Made by a program: the position numbers and the translations under genes. Source: Chrysomallon squamiferum (taxonomy: Eukaryota; Animalia; Mollusca). From it: DNA of 64,000 nt. Numbering within the stretch: the stretch's first letter is position 1; each line of letters starts with the position of its first letter. The notes under the pieces were generated by a model, which saw nothing but the letters and a program-made list of their open reading frames with translations, did no database searches and had not been told where the DNA came from. Below are positions 60,291 to 64,000 of the stretch, one piece after another. The stretch covers positions 2,728,001 to 2,792,000 of the forward strand of contig CM022678.1 in NCBI GenBank assembly GCA_012295275.1, given 5' to 3'.

Positions 60291-60868
60291 CATAACAAGG
60301 TAAAGAAAAGAAAAAAGAAAAGGAACAATAATATTAAGGTAAATAAAATAAATAAAAACAGTAATGATCAGAGAAAGTCAAACAACAAAATTAAACTGAA
60401 ATTTAAGAACATAATTAATTATATAACCAGATGACTTTTTGTGTTAATAGAATTATATATATATCAGAAAGGAAATGAAAGAAAAGAAAGAAAGAAAGAA
60501 CGAAAGAAGAAATGTACCAATTACTAACTGAAATTTAAACAGTATTATGTTATACAGCATTTAGATTAAATATTAATACAAATAAAATTACTTTTCAAAC
60601 TCGATTAAAATCATCAAAATATTTCTTCGCAATGAAATAATACCTTGTTTCACTTTCAGAATTGTTTATAGTATTTACTAAACAACAATCTTTCTACTAG
60701 AATTTAAGTTGAATGTGAATCTTATGAATTAACTTCAAAATAAGTAAGTAAATAAGTAAGTAAGCAACAAAAGAAAACAGTGGTTAATAGGAAAATTAGT
60801 GGTACACTCGCAGAGCCGGATTTCGACTTTCAGATGCCGATGAAAAATAATAAAAAATAAATTAATTA

Positions 60869-60907
<39 letters not shown>

Positions 60908-61128
60908 TAATAATAATAATAATAATTTTAAAAAATAAAAAAAAAAAATAAAAAAAAAATAATACGTATTTCTTCGAGAAATATTATTGTTATTATTGGA
61001 TAAGATATTAATTATTAAGATATTAATCATGCTAAATAACAGCCGAACAAACAATAACAAAGAGGTTTAACAGGCTAAATAAAAACATTCGGACTACAGT
61101 TTCGACTTCGGTTCACTACAAAGCAATT

Positions 61129-61181
<53 letters not shown>

Positions 61182-61600
61182 CTTATTACAATAGTTACAC
61201 TTGTGTTATCTAAATGTCTGCTACGTTACTAAAATGGTTGTCATGATATAATAAATTCAGTTATGATTATTAGTATCAGTTTATCTAGTTATTCCTACGG
61301 AGGAGAAGACACCGCTCTGAAATGGGGGACGCTCGGGAACCCTGTCGTTCTGTTTTCTGAAACCCGCCCCTATACATACATGCATATGATTAAGTCTTTA
61401 TAATAATAAAACTATACTTATTACATTTTATTATTATTATTATTATTATTCTAAAAATTCCGCTGCTGTTACTACTATTACTACTACTACTACTACTACT
61501 ACTACTAATAAATAACTGTAACGATACAAAATGTTTAAATGAAACCAGTCGATTAGATAACAGTTGGTACAAATTGTTGCAGGAAGTTAGCTATTTTACC

Positions 61601-61610
61601 GAAACCGAAA
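61601..61610. promoter_or_regulatory. ISRE-like element upstream of gene F
   Basis: GAAACCGAAA; nearby IRF-like TTTCGACTTTC (~60820) and AGTTTCGACTTCGGTTC (~61099), and GC box CCCGCCCC (~61363). Confidence 0.4.
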
Positions 61611-62559
61611 AAAGTTTGGTCTTTGCGAATGTGAACTAAATCAAATCTTTAAGTAGCATAGAATTACATGTTTTCTGTACTTCCTTTAAATATTTTCATA
61701 AACTCTACTGAAAGCATCGACAATACGAGCTGTCGTTGATATTATTATTGTAAGTAAGAATAACCGATTCCAATAGATTTGATTCAAATACCTGCATTTT
61801 CCGTTTGCGCAGACTTAGACTACGGAAGTATTTTTCAACATTTAATATTTGTCATTTTGAATAACTTTTATTTTTATTTTTATTTTTGAAAATTTAATTT
61901 GATTCATATTTTTTATTTTATACGTGCTGCTAATGTTTGAGCATTTTCTAGCTCAAAGGTTGAAGTTAACAATGATGGCAAAATGTGTATTGTGTTCTTT
62001 TCTCGTTAGCGGATTGCTTCACAAGGGTTGATATCTTTTAACACTATTCTGATCAGACTTTGTTTTTGGTAGACCTTATAACAGTTATTGCAAAATAATT
62101 AAATAAAAAAAAATACAAATAAATAAATAAAACGTGATTATTGTTTATCATCTTATTTATTACTGTTGTTCTTATTGTTGTTTTTGTTTTTTCATCGTTA
62201 TCATCATTATTATTGTTGTTGTTGCTATTAAAGTAATTATTCATTACCAGATACTATGCTGTGAAATGTATAAGCACTGTCTTGCTAAAAACTGCTGATG
62301 AAAGAAGGGAATCATGTGATTATGCCACGGAAAACAGAGTGCTGTTTGATGATAATAACTGATCCTGCCCCATGAATATGAAGAAAAAAATCACAAATAT
62401 ATAAATTAATTAACAATTTAATTTTTTTTTATTACATTAAATAATACAATGTTCATTGTTTTTATATTTCCAACTTACAAACTCACCACACAATGTACAG
62501 TAACAAAAAAAACAAACAAAAAAACCCTATTTATATTGCTTATAAGTGATACTGAATGA

Positions 62560-64000
62560 TACATTAAAAAAATGATGTCTATTAACTGTCAAGATCTCTA
62601 AACTGATGAGATTGAAAATACATTTTTTTAAATTATTTAAGAGATAAACACTTTAATATACAACTGAATTAGAAACTCACAGGAAAGAAAAACTAAAATG
62701 TGTTTTCAGTAGGTCTCAAGCATTATCTGTATTAATAGAGAAAGAAAACAACCTATTATAAAATCAAAAATAAGTTGAGGAAGAAGTAATAGCTTTTTAC
62801 AGATCATTATATAGTAATTAGAATACTGATTTTACTAACAAAGTTCTCAACAGAATACTTAATAACTAGAGTAGCCGGACTAGATGATACTATATCAAAA
62901 CTGGTGGATGGAGTATTAGAGAATAAAGAAATTACTAATGTTTTAACAAAAATAAATAATTTAAAGTCACCAGGAACAGATGGATACATTGCTGCATTCA
63001 TGAAATTGTTTTGATCTGATACCAAAATTTGTTTATCTTTTTTCTTCATTGCCAAATCCAACAGATTCTTTCTTTAAAAAATATCAGTTCATTTTGAAAA
63101 AAAAAAAGACCAATAAAATAGCTAGAAAACTTTATTTCAGGATTATCAAAATGGTGGTTTAAGAGCAATAAATGTTAAGTCATTTTGTTATGCATGAACA
63201 AATAACATTGATCAAAAGTATGTCTTTTGAGTAACTGGTTTCAGTCTAGAGATTCAGTGACATTAGTTTTGGGGTCAAACTACAGTGAAGAAAAATTGCT
63301 GATAGGCACAAATCCCTTTTGGAAAAATGTATTACTTTACAGGGTCAAATTTTAAAGGAAAATGTGATGTGACAAGGGACAAGGCAATACTGATTACCTA
63401 TTTGCTGTAACTCTGTTATTAAAACTGATAATAAATGTGTTATTGTAAGACATTGGCCAATAAAGGAATTTTATTTTTGAAATATCTGTTTGTTAATGCC
63501 ACAGACTTATTTATGATGAATTCTCTAAAAAAAATAACTTCAGAGTGGCTTGATGCCAGCAGTTAAAATACATAAATGCTTTTTACATACTGACCAGATA
63601 ACATTACAAATTCTTGGAATTCCTAACTGTCTAGAAGATCTGCTTAAAAACAAAGGTGTGTAAAACAAATTCTGCAATGATTGGTTCATAGAAATAACTT
63701 CAAAACAAATGCAAGTAAAATGGCAGCATATTTTTGATGTAGAATTCTGTGACAATAGATGGAAAACCTGGCTATGGACACGGGGCTCACATACTTTCAG
63801 TACAAGATCTTGTTATATATCTTAACAACACATAAACATTTGGTATCGGATAAATGTGAATTTTGAAATATGTTTAGTCAAGATATAAATCACATTGCTT
63901 TGGTTATGAAAACATGTTCAGGCATTTTGGAACACTGTTATAAACTGGATATTTTTGAGAACAAAAGTGACACTTGAAATAACTGCACAAACAATTATTT
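62560..64000 (+). mobile_element. Degenerate L1/Tx1-type LINE ORF2 fragments
   Basis: Plus-strand motifs KSPGTDGYIAAFMKLF* (~62964, compare KSPGPDG..FYKxFW), GGLRAINVKSFCYA (~63153), NPFWK, FQYKIL and HVQAFW, interrupted by stops and frameshifts. Confidence 0.7.

Noticed and set aside
62807-63061. Minus-strand 84-aa ORF
   Set aside because: Antisense to the degenerate LINE reverse-transcriptase motifs on the plus strand.

Overview
AT-rich, intron- and microsatellite-rich animal DNA; an invertebrate, probably a mollusc or other lophotrochozoan (inference from composition and repeats only). The window is almost entirely a tandem cluster of six paralogous Deltex-family genes: A (+, 3' end only, frameshifted), B (+), C (+), D (-), E (+) and F (-). 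In C, D, E and F, one to five divergent macrodomains are fused directly to a C-terminal RING-HC + Deltex C-terminal (DTC) module of the DTX3/DTX3L type. This puts the ADP-ribose reader and the ubiquitin ligase, which mammals split between PARP9 and DTX3L, into one polypeptide. The cluster also holds a macrodomain-only paralog created by deletion of the ligase exons (B) and an apparently catalytically dead pseudo-ligase with a long acidic repeat (F). Other features are a head-to-head pair (D/E) around a perfect ISRE, clustered GAS/NF-kB/ISRE motifs upstream of B and C, hypervariable patches in recently duplicated macrodomains, and phase-1 cassette exons. Intergenic DNA includes a 5-9 kb segmental duplication, a TG-rich minisatellite, DNA-transposon remnants and a degenerate L1/Tx1 LINE. 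Exon boundaries were read by hand from GT/AG sites, frame continuity and paralog comparison; no database search was run. Several frameshifts may be assembly errors.
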